Part shown: in pieces, positions 1 through 13,258 of the stretch
Layout of the letters: each line of letters begins with the position of its first letter
Position numbering within the stretch: position 1 is the first letter of the stretch
NCBI RefSeq assembly: GCF_009914755.1
Contig: NC_060932.1
DNA: 64,000 nt
Reading direction: 5' to 3' (one strand)
Source of the DNA: the human T2T-CHM13v2.0 reference genome, Homo sapiens
Notes under the pieces: generated by a model
Database searches by the model: none
What the model was told of the DNA's origin: nothing
The model's input: the letters and a program-made list of their open reading frames with translations, nothing else
Position numbers and translations under genes: made by a program

Positions 1-537
1 AAAGACTTTGAATCATTTCTCACTGTTCAATTTCAAAACTCCAGAAAGGAGATCTTAAATTCAATAAAATGATCAGGAAGAATAAGGTCCTCTCCAGAAA
101 GAGAAATAATAATGCTCTAAGTATCTTAAAGTATTTGATTATAGATGCTCATTTATTTTCCAATGTTATCTCTGTAACATATCTTTTACTTAAGGCTAAG
201 ATACAAATCCTTATGGAAAGTCTGTAGAAAGTTTTGCTGCTTAAACTCTGATGTTTATGTGGCTATAAATCACAGATTTTCAGAACTGGTGGAGACTTCA
301 AAGTTGTCTGATCTGATTTTTTCATTTTGTAGGCAATAAATTTAATTGTTCCCCTAAAGGACACCCATGTACAAAGACCTCCAGGTGACATGTTTATCAC
401 TGTATTTCTAGGGCTTAGCCCAGTTCCTGACACATAGTGGAGCTCAATAAACATTTGTTGATGGGTTTACTGATTGACAGAATAAGGCTCACACACCTAA
501 TTAGTTGTAGAGATCTCTGATCTTCTGGGTGTCAGTC

Positions 538-919
538 TGTGTTAGTCTGTTCTTGCATTGCTATAAAGAACTACCTGAGACTGGGTAATTTATAAAGAAA
601 AAAGGTTTAATTAACAAGTAGTTCCACGGGCTGTACAGGAAGCATGGCTGCGAGGCCACAGGAAACTTACAATCATGGCAGAAGGTAAAGGGGAAGCAGG
701 CACATCTTACATAACAGAGAAGGAGGAAGAGAGCAAAGAAGGAGGTGCTACACACTTATAAACAACCAGCTCTCATGAGAACTCACTCACTATCATGACA
801 ACAGCAATGGGGAAATCCACCCCCATGATCCAATTACCTCCCATTAGGCCCCTCCTCCAACACTGAGGATTACAATTTGACATGAGATTTGGGTGGGAAC
901 ACAAATCCGAACCATATCG
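538..919 (-). mobile_element. MaLR solo LTR, MST family (MSTA/MSTB-like)
   Basis: TGTGTTAGTC...GAGACTGGGTAATTTATAAAG...GAGATTTGGGTGGG...AACCATATCG termini, with perfect 5-bp TSD CAGTC at 533-537 and 920-924. Confidence 0.9.
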
Positions 920-2430
920 CAGTCCCATTGTCCCCCTTTACACCAGTTAAAGTATTATTACAATTCATCCTAGTTTTCAGGGAAAAACTCTCAAGTGTCC
1001 AAATTAGCAGTTAAAAAACATCTGCAGCCTTTTCCATTAACCAAAACCCAAACAAAAGGGAACTCTGTGTTGGAACCCATAGATTCCTCTCTCCATAGTT
1101 CCTAAAGTGGAGTACTTCCGCATCTCTACAGAAGACAGGGAGATAGTAGAGAGGACATCTTGGGTCTCTTTATCTACCTACCTACTTGGTATTAGGGACA
1201 GTAAAGGGTTTGGTTTCCATCATACACTTCACAGAAAAGTACCATAAATTCTCATCCCACTTGTACATCTCCCGATTCCATTTTTTTGGCTTTATGGGAG
1301 ACTTTCAGATAAATCCCTTAAATGAGGCATAAGGCCTCTGAAATTGTTACTCAAAATTTTTTCTTTCCATAGGATCAATGACATAAGAAGACTGTGACAA
1401 CTGGATATTTTTCTTGAGATATGATAAAGCTCTACATGTGCCTTTCCAGAGGTAGGCTGCTGTCACTATGGACACATGCCTTCTGCTGATGGAAAGGTAC
1501 TAAAAAGATTTTGGAAATTCCTAGTCTCTTTGCCCTGTGCTGGAATGGTAATCCAGCTGTCTTCGAAGAGGCTTGGATGCATGCAGAATTACTCTGGATC
1601 CACTTTGATCACCAAGCTGGCCAGCCCAGCCTAATGTAGTCTGGGGCGGTAGCCTAATGTAGGGCAGGAAAGCTTGGCCAGATAATGCTTAAAATTCTAT
1701 TAAGAGATGGCGTAAAGGGAGAAAGAAGGTTTTTAGAGTGCTTTTGTCTCCTGCTCCTCAGATTCCTTCTCTTCTGAAAGAATAAAAATATGATGCTACC
1801 CAGACAAGGAAAGAATCCCAAATTTTGACGTTAAGACACCCAGAACCATGACCTCTGTGTCCCTCCTGACAGTCCACCTCCCTGTGCCTGGTCTGGTGAG
1901 TTCCTGCTGCTCCTTTTTGCAAGACAATGTGCTACAGCAACTGCACACCCTACTCAACTGTTTGCAGAAGACAGCAAAGGCCCTGCAGTTTACAGACAGC
2001 ACTCCACTTGAAGACTGTTGAGTGACCATCTTTGCTACACAGCTTTCATTTAGAGGCTGTACGCCTATTGCCCACTGCCTTCTTTCAACCAAACGTGGTT
2101 TTTCCTCATGGTAGCTTCTGGGAGAATATGACGTTTGCTAGTTTGTTTCCTTTGTGAAAACTGGGTTGTCTGTGGAAATATCTTTTACTGCAGGTGGGAA
2201 AACTTCATGTGAAAAGTTCATATCTGTGAAGCTACATTTTGAGAAACTCTCTATTATACTGATTTTTCCATGGTATGCTCTGATTCCACCTTTAAAATCT
2301 CTCTAAAGACAGTGGTTTTCAAGGCTGGCTGTACCTTTGTCTCATGGAAGAAGCTTACAAACAGCCCATGGTCTTCCCTAGATCAATTAAGTCTGAGTTT
2401 TTGAGGGTGTTAGTCACCCAAGCACTGACA

Positions 2431-2456
2431 TGTGTGTGTGTGTGTGTGTGTGTGTG
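2431..2456. repeat. (TG)13 microsatellite
   Basis: Read directly. Confidence 0.97.
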
Positions 2457-2729
2457 TATTTCTGCCTATGCATCCTCTTGTTACTGCTTTTGCTGTGGCT
2501 TTGTGAGGACGTGACACTTAGAGGCTCTGCAACCAGTTTGGACCTCAAGGGGAGTGCTGACAATACTAAGATTCTGTCTGAAAGCCACACACAGCCTAGT
2601 TCCAGAGTCCTCAACCCCAATAATTCCTTCCCCCTTGATCCATCATCTGTTTGTCAGATATGCTGAATAAAACCAAAAGCACTTGCCACACATCCATGAA
2701 GCCAACCCTGGTGGCAGCCTTCTAGTAAT

Positions 2730-3215
2730 TTCCTATTGGCCATAGGATAAAGTGCAACCTCTTAACATGACTGAGAAGGTCATATGGGCTCTGGCTGCTG
2801 CCAGCCTACAGTCCATCTGTCACTACTCTTTCCACCCCAGGCTTCACAGTAGCCATTGCAGCACATCCTGGTTTCTGTACATGTCCATCCTCTCTTGAAA
2901 ACTCTCCCCTCCACTTCCAAGATCCTGTCAATGTCCACCCACCTTTCAGTCAACAGCTTAGACATTTCTATTCCGGAAAGCCTTCCCCAACATCCTACGT
3001 TGAATTAACTTCCTCCTCTATTTTCCCCAAGCACTTGGATTTGATTTATCACAAAGCTTATTGTTCTGCATTGAAATTTTTTATTCATTCATTCATTCTT
3101 TCATTCATCTCTCTCTCTGCACTGTAACATCCCTGAAGGTAAGGACTATGCTCATCTTGTTCCTTGCTGCATCTCCACAAGGGCATTTGTAATACAAACT
3201 TGTAGCACAAATAAT
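2730..3215 (+). mobile_element. L2 LINE 3' fragment (approximate)
   Basis: Pyrimidine-rich L2 tail motifs (aggataaagtgcaacctccttaacatg-like; ggaaagccttcccc; ctgaaggtaaggactatgctcatcttgttc). Confidence 0.55.
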
Positions 3216-3419
3216 TAAAAGTGAGGTAAACTTAGAAAACAATGATGCTAACAGGTTCATTGGTTTATATGGGAGAACTAAGGGGCACACAGTTTTTGTG
3301 AAATAAGTCAAAAGGTTCTGCCTTTCACCATACATATGATTTACCACAAAGGGTAGGTGAAGTGGCCTGTGATCGTGCACATTGAAGACCCAGGTAACAT
3401 GATGGGGATCACAAATTAC

Positions 3420-3547
3420 CTGATGGTTTTGATCATGCTGAGACCCATTTCAACACAGCAGTGGGCATGGTCCTGGCGGGGCTCAGGAAGTCCAGACACG
3501 CAGTAGTAGCAGTCCCCCAGGATTTTAATACGAAGGCAGTGATGCTC
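3420..3547 (-). CDS. ADCY8: ADCY8 coding exon (exon 5), 128 bp: C1a with second metal-binding Asp
   Basis: Acceptor cctgttccttccag|GAG, donor CAG|gtaatt. Translates [42 protein letters not shown] plus AG. The KILGDCY Asp is 44 residues after the FAD Asp. Confidence 0.97.
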
Positions 3548-4424
3548 CTGGAAGGAACAGGATAAGAGGGAAAGGTCTATGTCAGCAGAAGGATCAGTTC
3601 TTCAGAAAGGCTTGAGAAAGAGGCGAGCAGGGTTAGGTGGTCTGCAACTTGGGGTAAGGAGAACCTACCTTTGAAATATACTTCTACCTGTCTTTCTAAA
3701 ATATTTGAGGTGTAACCTAAATGGGGGTTTGAAGGACCCAGAGGTGGAATGGAATCATAAAGAAATTAGGTTTTGAGCTCAAAAGCTACATGGTTATATC
3801 CAAGCTTTGCTATATACTAGCTCTATGGTCTGCACACCTGTCACTTGGTCAGGCCTGACAGAGTGCTCATAGTATCTCCTACAAATTCAGCCCCAAGCAA
3901 TGTCTCTCTTCTCAAAAACAGCTGTGAATTAACAGCTTTCATCAGTCTTTAGCTTAATAGTAAGCACTTAAAAATGTACATCACTTAGGAATTCCTATTA
4001 CTTCAACTCTATAAAGTTCCTTTCCAGCAAGGACATTTGCACTTTATGAGGAGGAACTAAGTCTTCTTATATATCCTTTTATTCGTTTATTAATTTATAT
4101 GTTTGTTCATTGAAAAAATTAAAAATCAATTGGGCACCTATAATAAGGCAAACATTGTCCCTAACCCAAAGATGACTAATAATAGCTCCTATTATGCACT
4201 ATAAATAAAACAGAGTTAATCCTCACAACAACCCTCTAAGGTGGGTTGTTTTATATCTCCATTTCACCGGTGAGAAGTAGTTGTTAGTTTGGTGGATTCC
4301 CAATCTTAAAGACACAACTCTTACAAAATTTCAAAGAACAACAAGCATTAAGAAAATAATGCATGCTTTTATATTGGATAGGAAGCAGCTAGATGTTATA
4401 GGTTCTAGTAGAAAGAGAACTTAA

Positions 4425-4680
4425 GGTAGTATAGCATGGGGAGCCAAGGGCACTGGTTTACGAGTCACACTGCACAGGATCAAATCTCAGATACTGCCTC
4501 TGTCTTTTCTGTGAGTCTTTGGGTAAACTACCTAACCTCTGGCCTTCAGGTGCCTCATCTATCAAATGGGGATAATCATAGGGCCTGTCCCCTTGTGCCA
4601 CTATGAGGGTTAAGTGAGATGGTGCAAGTGAAAGCTCAGTACAGGGCCTGGCAGATGGGGCACTCAATTAATATTGCCTC
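4425..4680 (+). mobile_element. MIR SINE, near full length
   Basis: Core ctttgggtaaactacctaacctct...cctcatctatcaaatggggataatcatag...gagggttaagtgagat...gcactcaat. Confidence 0.8.
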
Positions 4681-6409
4681 TTTCTATGAGGAAGAGTTGG
4701 ACTCCAGGCCTAGCTCCTTCACATATCTGTTTTTCATCATGGACAAGTGACATATCCTCTTGGTTTCCTTGGGCAGCTTGTTGGGGCTGAATGACCTCTG
4801 AGATGCCTTCTAGATCTGAAGTCCTAGAGGCTTATGGTTCTATGGCTGTGTGGGAAAAGGAGGGCCCCAGAGCTGGAGAAGGGGAGTTATTGATAAAAAG
4901 TACCCACTGAGAGACCAACAGTACTGTTGATGCCCTTGTAGTAGCAAGCTGTAAAGCACTGTGTTGGTTTCCCAATCTCACCAGGAGTTGGACATTATGT
5001 TTGGGTAATGGATAAGTAAATATACTATCCCAAGAAAAACAAATATTAGACAGGGAAAAGAGAATCAGAACTGTCTCTGGTACTTTCCCGTCAGATTTCT
5101 GGAGCCTTGTCAACCTTCCCAAATGGGCCCAGATGCAATCTTCAGAACTCTGACAGCATGTACAGCCATCCCAGGATTATTTTTAGGGGATCTGGGCTCC
5201 TGTCTATTGGCTGCTTCAATGCAGCTAATTTTGCAACACAGCTGACAATTAGGTCTGATTCATTAAATAAAAGAAGCTTAAGGCCTTCAGTTGTTTCTTC
5301 TAAGACCTTGAGGGTGTCAGGATCAGAATGGAACTTAGAAAGTTTCTTGTTCTTTGGTGCTAGCAGTGCCCAGATTTGTGGAGTCAGTGGGACTGTTATG
5401 GAAAAAGAAATCAGAGGGTTTAGAGATGTTGTAGGGTACATTTTTTTTTTTTGTCAAGAAAGTATGAACAATCCATCAACAAACACCAAAAACAGCAACC
5501 CAAATACTATCTACTATCCCCATCACTTATAAAAGCAAATATATTTTTAACACCAGAACTACTGGAAAGACATATCTTCAGAATAAAGGCAAGGTTTTCT
5601 TTTTACCTAAATAAATTTAACATTATGAAAACTCACTACATTGCTTTTATCATTTTTAAAATCTCATGCCAAGTTTAAAATTTCCAATTTTTGTGTATGA
5701 AGGAGAATTTGAGAACCAGTGTTCCAAAATCTTACTCTGATTTTGCAGATCCGAACACTGAGACTGGAAGGCAGGGATTGGTGACTTCATCTGCAAATGG
5801 TCTTTTGGGGCATCGGGTTGGTATGAGAGACTTATGCGAAAGAAAGCCTGGTACCATCAAAATCAGATGCATGGATTGGCCTGTTGCCTGTTTGCTACAG
5901 GGAGGGATGAGGGAAAGGGGCATAACAAAAATTACTTTGGTCTAAGAATCTGACATCTGCATTCCAGAGAAATTTACCAGCTGTTTGACCTTGGATAAGA
6001 CACTGAAGCCACTGTATGTGGGTTTCAATTCCTCATATGTGACAAGTGCCAAAATAATCTATCTTGTCCTTAATACACAACAGAGTAAGCTTGGCCATTA
6101 CTTAACAATGACAATGACAACTGACACCTGGAAGTAGCCTTCTCAATGTTCAACATGCTGCTCCTTATCTTTTTTCGTTGAGCTTCACAATAAAACTCTG
6201 AACATGGCAGAGCAGGTAAAGTCACGTCTGTTTTACAGATACAGAAATCTCAGTGGAGAGAGGGGAAGCTTCCTGTGCTACAGAGGAGCTAGCTAACAGT
6301 AACAACCTGGGCTGGATGTCACCCTCACCAACTCTGAATCTGTGATCTTTCCCTGAAAACAGAGGTGAAAGCACTTTGGAAAAAATCTAAGTGGGGACAG
6401 GAGCTAATA

Positions 6410-6605
6410 GTCATTGAGCATGTACTATGTGCCAGGCAATGTACTAAATGCATTACACCTATCTCAGTCTTCAGGACCACTTTCTAAGTCACGTGTCATC
6501 TTACGGATGGGAACAGCAGGCTTGAGGGAAAGGCCACACGGCAAGTAAGAGGCAGAAGAAGAATTCAAACCCATGTTTGTCTGATTGTGGGGCTCCATGC
6601 TCTCT
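6410..6605 (-). mobile_element. MIR SINE
   Basis: attgagcatgtactatgtgccaggca...ttacggatgggaacagcaggct...aattcaaacccatgtttgtctga. Confidence 0.7.
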
Positions 6606-8229
6606 CTTGGCAAAACTGCAGGAATTATGGCAAAGTCCAGAATGGTAGGTCTCCTGACAAAAGTGTGTTTTAGAAGGAGATTGTGTAAAATAGTTTATTA
6701 CTCGTCTGAGGCAGACATTGGATAATGATGTGATGATGTTCACGTCCAGGGTTTGTTATTCTTCCAACAAAATGTGGAGCTGGTAGCCTCCTTGGAACTC
6801 TTTGGATCCCAAATACATGGTTGTATATACGCATATATATTATATAAAATTATTTTATACAAAAAAATAAAATGTATGTAATATATATAATACATTAAAG
6901 GCCTGGATTCTTATCTGTCAAGGTCTGTCAATTTGCAGACACATTTTTCTGATCAAATACTATGAGCTGTCAGATGACTTGACAGTAATATCTGAATAAC
7001 TTATTTGTACCAGAAACTACCTTGAAAAGATCACATAAAGGAAGACAGACTGCTTTGGAAAAAAATATTCAAAAAGAAAAATAAAGTAGGGTGAGGATCT
7101 TCTTGAAAATTTTATTGAGTTGGCCTTATTGCAATCCTTTCCTCTTGTCTTGATGACTTTGACATTATCAAAATCTTGGAAAATTCCCAAGAGTTTATGA
7201 AACTGCACATACAGACAATAGACAAAAATTAGGAGATGAATGCACCAAATTATCAAAGATGGTTATATTGTTCACAGGGTAGAATCACAGGGATGTATAC
7301 TTTGCATTGTGTACATCTTTGATGTTTGAATTTTATGTAATGAACATGTATAACTTTAATAAGCAGAAAAACTCAATACAAATGAAAAAGACTCTCAAAG
7401 CAAAAACATTAGTGCTATCAGTGTACTTTTCTAAAAAGTTAGAAATCCCAAAAAACTTTATAGTATTTTATCTAATTGTAATCACGTAAGTAGTACGTGA
7501 ATATATTGTCCTAGTAAAAATGAAACTGTAGATAAGGTTGAAGTTCCCTAGGATGGCCTCTTCTCGTCAGACACACAGCACCCTGGAAGCCTGGTCTTCC
7601 TGCCCTCTCCGTGGAGGCTGCTATGCATTCACATGTGATTTTCCCTTGCCAGATTCTGAGCATCCTGAGGGGAAGGACTGGTTTTGTCTTTTCAGTCTTG
7701 CGCAGTACCTGAAAAAGTACCCTTTCTCTTTCTCTGGGTCAGCAGGGTTTACTGTGACACCAGAAATGCACCTTAATCACATCTGCCAATGGCCTTTGGA
7801 TGGCCGTTTTTGTTCATCTTGGCATCTTTGATAAAAAATATCAGAACCATAATAGGAAATGGAATAGCTATGTGTAACTGATACCAACCACCACTGATGC
7901 AACAATAAAAGGAAATGGTATACATGTTTTCCCCCAGTCCCTAGCCCTCCAGCTAAAACCAACCCTCCTATTAGGAGGATCCCTCAGTTTCCACTTCCTC
8001 CTCCGCCCCCGTCAGTCTCCTAGCTAGTAGCTGTTCAGTAGCTGAAATTTATACTAAGGTTGCTTGACAAGTCCCTGCCTGTCTTTCTAGCCTCATCTCC
8101 ACCACTTCCTACCCTGCACTTTATCCTCTAGCAATCTCTTCTGGTTTCTTCACAAATACAGAGTAACATCTTTATGCTTGTTTTCTCCTCTGCATAAAAT
8201 ATCCTGCTCTGATTTCTTTGCCTTGCTAA

Positions 8230-8635
8230 TTAGTGTATAAATTATGTATAATAAAATCACCTTCTTGACAAATTCAAACCCATGTCTGTCTGACTGTGGG
8301 GCTTCATGCCCTCTCTCTACAAAACTGTAATAATAAAACAACCACCATAATAAAAATATAAATCAGCTATGTAATCCCCCAAATCACCCCACCCCATGCT
8401 CCATTGCTATCCATATGCTTACTCCATTCCCAGCCCTCCTTGCAGCTACTTATCTGTTTTCTGCCTCTGTAATTGTACCTTTTATAGGATGTCTTGTAAA
8501 TGGAGTCATAAAATACCTAGCATTTTGTATCTGGTTTCTTTCACTTGGCATACTGCACTTGAGATTCATTGGTGTTGCACGTAAGAGTGGATAATCCTAT
8601 TTTTATTGCTGAACAGTATTCTATTGTATTATTTA
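8230..8635 (-). mobile_element. Old L1M 3' end fragment inserted in an L2
   Basis: gtaaatggagtcataaaata...gtatctggtttctttcacttggcata...gagattcatt...tttttattgctgaacagtattctattgta is a typical antisense L1M 3' end. L2-like sequence lies on both sides (~8050-8230, ~8640-8900). Confidence 0.7.
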
Positions 8636-9697
8636 TATCATTTTTAAGACTCAGCTTAAGAGTCACTTTCTTCAAGAAGTCTTCTCTCATCTAAAGGTCA
8701 TGTGTTACCTCTGTGTTTCCATGGCCCCCAGACTTACCTTCCTCATAACACACGGCACATTTTACATTCCTTACCTATTAATGAATACCTAACTAGACTT
8801 AATTCCAGGAAGGGAGGAGGTGTGTTTTCATCATTCTCATATTCCTAACACATAGCAGCATGTACAATACCTAGTAGGTGCTTAAATGCAAGTATTAATG
8901 TATTTCCCATAGAGTGAGGCAGCCTTAACAGAGGACATTTTGATGCTCTAAAAATGAACTCCCACCGATGTGGTCTTATTTAATTCTCATTACAGCTCTG
9001 TGAAGTTGGCACTAACATACACACTTTACACAGCAGGAAATTAAGATGTCTATTTGAACCCAAAGCCCACTCTGAAGTACAGCGTGATAATGATATTACT
9101 TCGTAACTCAAGTGGCTTTAGGACTATGAATCTGTGTTTTGATAGCAAATGTCCATCTCCTTTAATCTGTTTTCTAGCTTAGCTCTGATCAAGACAGCTG
9201 GAAAATGAAGGTACTGTCTTGTTGGCTAAAAACAAAGCTCTTAAGTTAGGTTGATCAAGATGGTGGTGGGATGGCCCAGCAGATTACTGGTTTTTGAGAA
9301 CATGCTAATTCATCCCAGATGGCCAGGGTTGGCTGGGAAACTGCAGGCCATCATTACTGCATGCATGAGCACTGAAGCTGCAGCTGGATGGCACCTGGCC
9401 ACGTGCAAGGGGAAGCAATGATAGGGGCGTGGAAAGCAGATAAAAAGGACTGGGGTTTGATTGTCACTCAACCAGCCGTCTCTCAATTGAGAAAATTAAT
9501 CTGACAAACCTCCTGCATGAGACCTGTAAATAGCTAACATCAGTCCCCAGAATGTGAGAGGGTCAGGGTCCATGCCTAGGGACAGGATGCAGAATGGTAA
9601 TGACATTGGGGAAGAAGGCTGAATCCTTCTCTTTCCTTATTCCATATGCAGTCCCTCACTCCTGCAAAAGACGAGGAGGAAATTAAATTCAACTCAC

Positions 9698-9809
9698 ATG
9701 GGCCAGTCGATCAAATCTGGCAAAGAGCTCGTTGAGCATCCTGACCAGCTCCTGAGCAGACAAGGTCGTGGAGAGGTTGGTAAATCCTTTAACATCTGCA
9801 AAAAGAATA
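9698..9809 (-). CDS. ADCY8: ADCY8 coding exon (exon 4), 112 bp: C1a with first metal-binding Asp
   Basis: Acceptor ttccctgtgtttag|T, donor CAT|gtgagt. First T completes Ser (AG+T), then [37 protein letters not shown] (phase 2-0). Class III cyclase FADxxGFT motif. Confidence 0.97.
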
Positions 9810-11119
9810 CTAAACACAGGGAAGAGGGTGGGGGTGGGGGGAGGAAGTATATTAATATTTTAGTCCATCTTGGGATACACATCAACACCATCCCAGCAGA
9901 TAAACTGTCTTTGTGGTCTGAGATTTTAGCTCTTGCTGCCATGAGAGTCAGGAGGAATGTCTCAGTATTTAATAAATATCTCAGCAGAGAGTCCACTCAG
10001 GAGCTCAGGAAGGACAAGGGGACAACAGGAAGCCCTTTTTTCCTGTGCAGGGCTGTGTAGAGTGGGCAATGCAAACAATCCAAAAGAATTTGTCACCATG
10101 AAGATATCAATTTCTTGTGAAAAGCAAGATGAAACTTTATGAATTATCTCCATATTTTCACAATGAACAGCAATGCACATGCAATGAACACAGAGTAAAA
10201 TGGTCACAAGGGGCAGGGGCAGAACCGAAAACCTCATCATCTTGAACCCAATGACAGGTACCGTACCCAAAATGGCAGGTAAATAGGCATTTCTCAAAAA
10301 TTATGACAATAGGTGGCAAATCTGGGAGACCTCAGGCAGAATAATTAATTTCCCAATACTCTCACATTACTAAAGATTTCAGTTAGGTGAGGTCTTGTTC
10401 TATGTATATGGCCTGGTATAAGGGACAGGGCAGCTTCCCAAAGCCTTCTAAAAGCCAGGTTACTCTCTTGGTTAAGCCATCCAGTTACTCTGTGGGGCAA
10501 GCATAGTTCTCTCCATTCAGCCCATGAGGAAACTGAGGCTCAGAGATGCAAGGAGACTTGCCCAGCATCTCACTAGTGGCACATGGCATAGCTGGGATTG
10601 TCCATTTGGTTGAATTGCACTGAGGGATATTGCTCCAATTATCTTACCATGTCATCTCAGGGACCTCTGAAAGGAAAGATAGGACACAAAACAGGATACC
10701 ATATTTGATCATTTCTCATTTTTCATCCTCTCTGAAAGTGAGATGTGTCTTACAATTGATCACTTTAGCTGTGTCGAGCTTTTTACATCTTTTCTTAGTG
10801 TTGCCTAAAATAATGACAAGTCTTACAATCAGCCTATGAGTGTAATTTAGTTTTAATGAAATAGGTAATTGGGCTAGAAGACATCGTGGAATGTGTTGAC
10901 TTACATCAGTCACCACATTTATTCAATAATTCTTAAAATTCATCTCCTTTACAAACCCTTTTAAGAATTTGACATAGACTATGGATTATCTCTCCCAAAA
11001 ATGTACGAGCATTCAAAATTTTGCACCTCACTTAAAGGGATTTTTACCTTCCGCAAAGTCCATTCATGAAATCATTAGGAATCCTTAGATCTATTGCTTT
11101 AGTTAATTATTGAATGGCT

Positions 11120-11700
11120 CATTCTTTCAGCAAATATTTATATATTTACTATGTGTTCAGCTAGGCACTGGACTAGAAAGTTAGATTAAATGATATATAA
11201 GACCTAGTGCCTTTCCTCAAGATGCTGAGTCTGAGGAATGGAGCTGGAAAGACAAAAAGAAAAATGGAAACAGTGCAGGGTGATGATCACTGTGATTGAA
11301 GGACATATTGGGGGGTGACCAGCCACAGAGGGATCAGGAGTCTCCCAGTAGAGAAAAGTCTCAGCTGGTTCTTGAAGAATGTGATGAGCGAAGTGATTGG
11401 GAGGATGGATGCTCTGAGCAGAGAGAACAGTACATTCTAGGGTCTGGTGGAAGAATAAGTGTATGTATCAAGGTTCTGCAGTAATTCAAGGGCAGCCAGT
11501 CAGAAGGTATCACTGAGCAAGGAGGCTAGAAAGAAGAGAGAGATGAGGTCAGAAATACAGGTGGGGCAATGATGGAGAAGGGGCTGGTAAGCCAGGATGA
11601 AGAATGTAGACTTTGTCCTGAAAGTGATGGAAAGCTAGTGAATGGGATTTAAGCATGGACATGATGCCAATAGATTTTCAGTTTACTAAGCTACCTTTGG
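11120..11700 (-). mobile_element. L2 LINE fragment (approximate)
   Basis: cattctttcagcaaatattta...tactatgtg...ctaggcactgg...gactttgtcctgaaagtgatggaaagc...ttaagcatgg...agattttcagttt. Confidence 0.65.
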
Positions 11701-11749
11701 CAGAGTGACTATACTGCCATTGTCTTCTACAGTTCCGTGGTGGCAGAAC

Positions 11750-11975
11750 ATATGGTCATATGCACAGAATTTGAGTCTAGATAGATCTGGGTTCAAATCT
11801 TAGCTCACCACTTAGGAATTCTATGACCTTGGGCAACTTCCTGAACTTCTGTAAGCCCTAGCTCTGTAAACTGGAGATAACTGGCATACTTGCCTCATTA
11901 GTGGGTAGTGTTTAGCACATCACCTGGCAATTGCCAGCATAGTAAATGTTCCTTAAACGTGTTAGCTTTTGTTAT
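11750..11975 (+). mobile_element. MIR SINE
   Basis: agatctgggttcaaatcttagctcaccactta...tgaccttgggcaacttcctgaacttctgtaagcc...ctgtaaactggagataa. Confidence 0.8.
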
Positions 11976-13099
11976 CATCATTTTACAAAATTATACTATA
12001 ATTGCATGTTATATTTGAGAGAGAAAGAGAAGAGAGAGGTAACAGAGGTAGAAAATAATATGGCCATTCATTTGATTATGTATTACTTGTAGCTAAAAGC
12101 ATTCCTAACTGTTGATGAAGCCTGAACTGCCAGGCAGCAGCAACACTTACAGAGTATTCACTGTGGACTTGGTAATGCTCTGAGAGCCCTACATGTATTC
12201 ACTCATTTATTCCATGTAACTTATGAGGGAGAACCTATCATGTTCTTCTCCATTTTATGGAACTGAGGCCTACGTATCTTGCCTATAATCATGAAGAGCT
12301 AGAATTTGAACCAGGAAGCCTGGCTCTGGCATCCATCCTCTTTATTGCTCAGCTATGCTATTTTTGAAGAAAGAAAAGTCATTGCTATGACAGGTGGGAA
12401 GTGGACAGGCTCTTAGATCACTTGGTTTAACACATTCCCTTTATGAATCCATAAGCCCAAAGCTACTAGTATCCATCTGTCTATGGCAAGAATGGTTTAC
12501 CAATTTATTTATTCATTCAACAGCTTATTAATTAAATGACTACTATACACCAGGCAGTGGAGATAAAGTAGTGAGCAGATGATAGCATCATCCCAGCCTT
12601 TATAAAGCTCACAGCCTATTGAAAGAACAAATGGATTCCCTGAGAGCTAAGGTCATAAAAGTTTCAGATGTCTTCAGTGTTCCAATATCATCAAACTTCT
12701 CCAGGTCTTTCGATCCCACCATACATTATGCACCTGTATCTTTGTACATGCTATGCCTGCTCCCTGGTATAGCTTTTTCCCCCTTTTGCTACCTGTTAAA
12801 ATCTGACTTGTCCTTCAGAGCCCCACTCAGGTGTTAAAATCATGTTAAGAGTCTATACCCCTCTGGAGACTTCCCCAAGCATAGCCAGTTATCCCCAACT
12901 CAAGCTTCTCGCCCTGTTGGTGCCCCTCTCTGTCATAACACTTAACTCTCAATAGCACAATCATATGTGGCTAAGTGTGCTCCATCTATTAGCTGAAGAA
13001 CAAGAATGAAGTCACCTCTGCATCCCACCTGCCCAGCACACAGTTGGCCCTATTACATGTTTCCTTAGTCCAATCAACAGAAACATTCAGAATTAAGTC

Positions 13100-13258
13100 C
13101 TCCTTCCTCAGAGCATGGTCATGGCCCCCAGTGGCATCTCATGAAATTGTTAGAAATGTAGACTCTCAAGCCACCTCTCCAGACCCACTGTACCACAATC
13201 TGCTTTAACTGAGCCGTAGATGATTTGTGTGCACATTTAAGACTCAGAAGCACTGGTT
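13100..13258. mobile_element. MER5A-like hAT-Charlie MITE
   Basis: gaaattgttagaaatgtagactctcaagccacctctccagacccactg...gatgatttgtgtgcacatttaagactcagaagcactgg. Confidence 0.7.

Noticed and set aside
5107-5532. Overlapping 141-aa (+) and 99-aa (-) ORFs
   Set aside because: No recognisable domain or exon structure. Length is within chance expectation for intronic DNA.
9698-10060. 120-aa plus-strand ORF and 100-aa minus-strand ORF over exon 4
   Set aside because: Antisense or off-frame shadows of the real ADCY8 exon.
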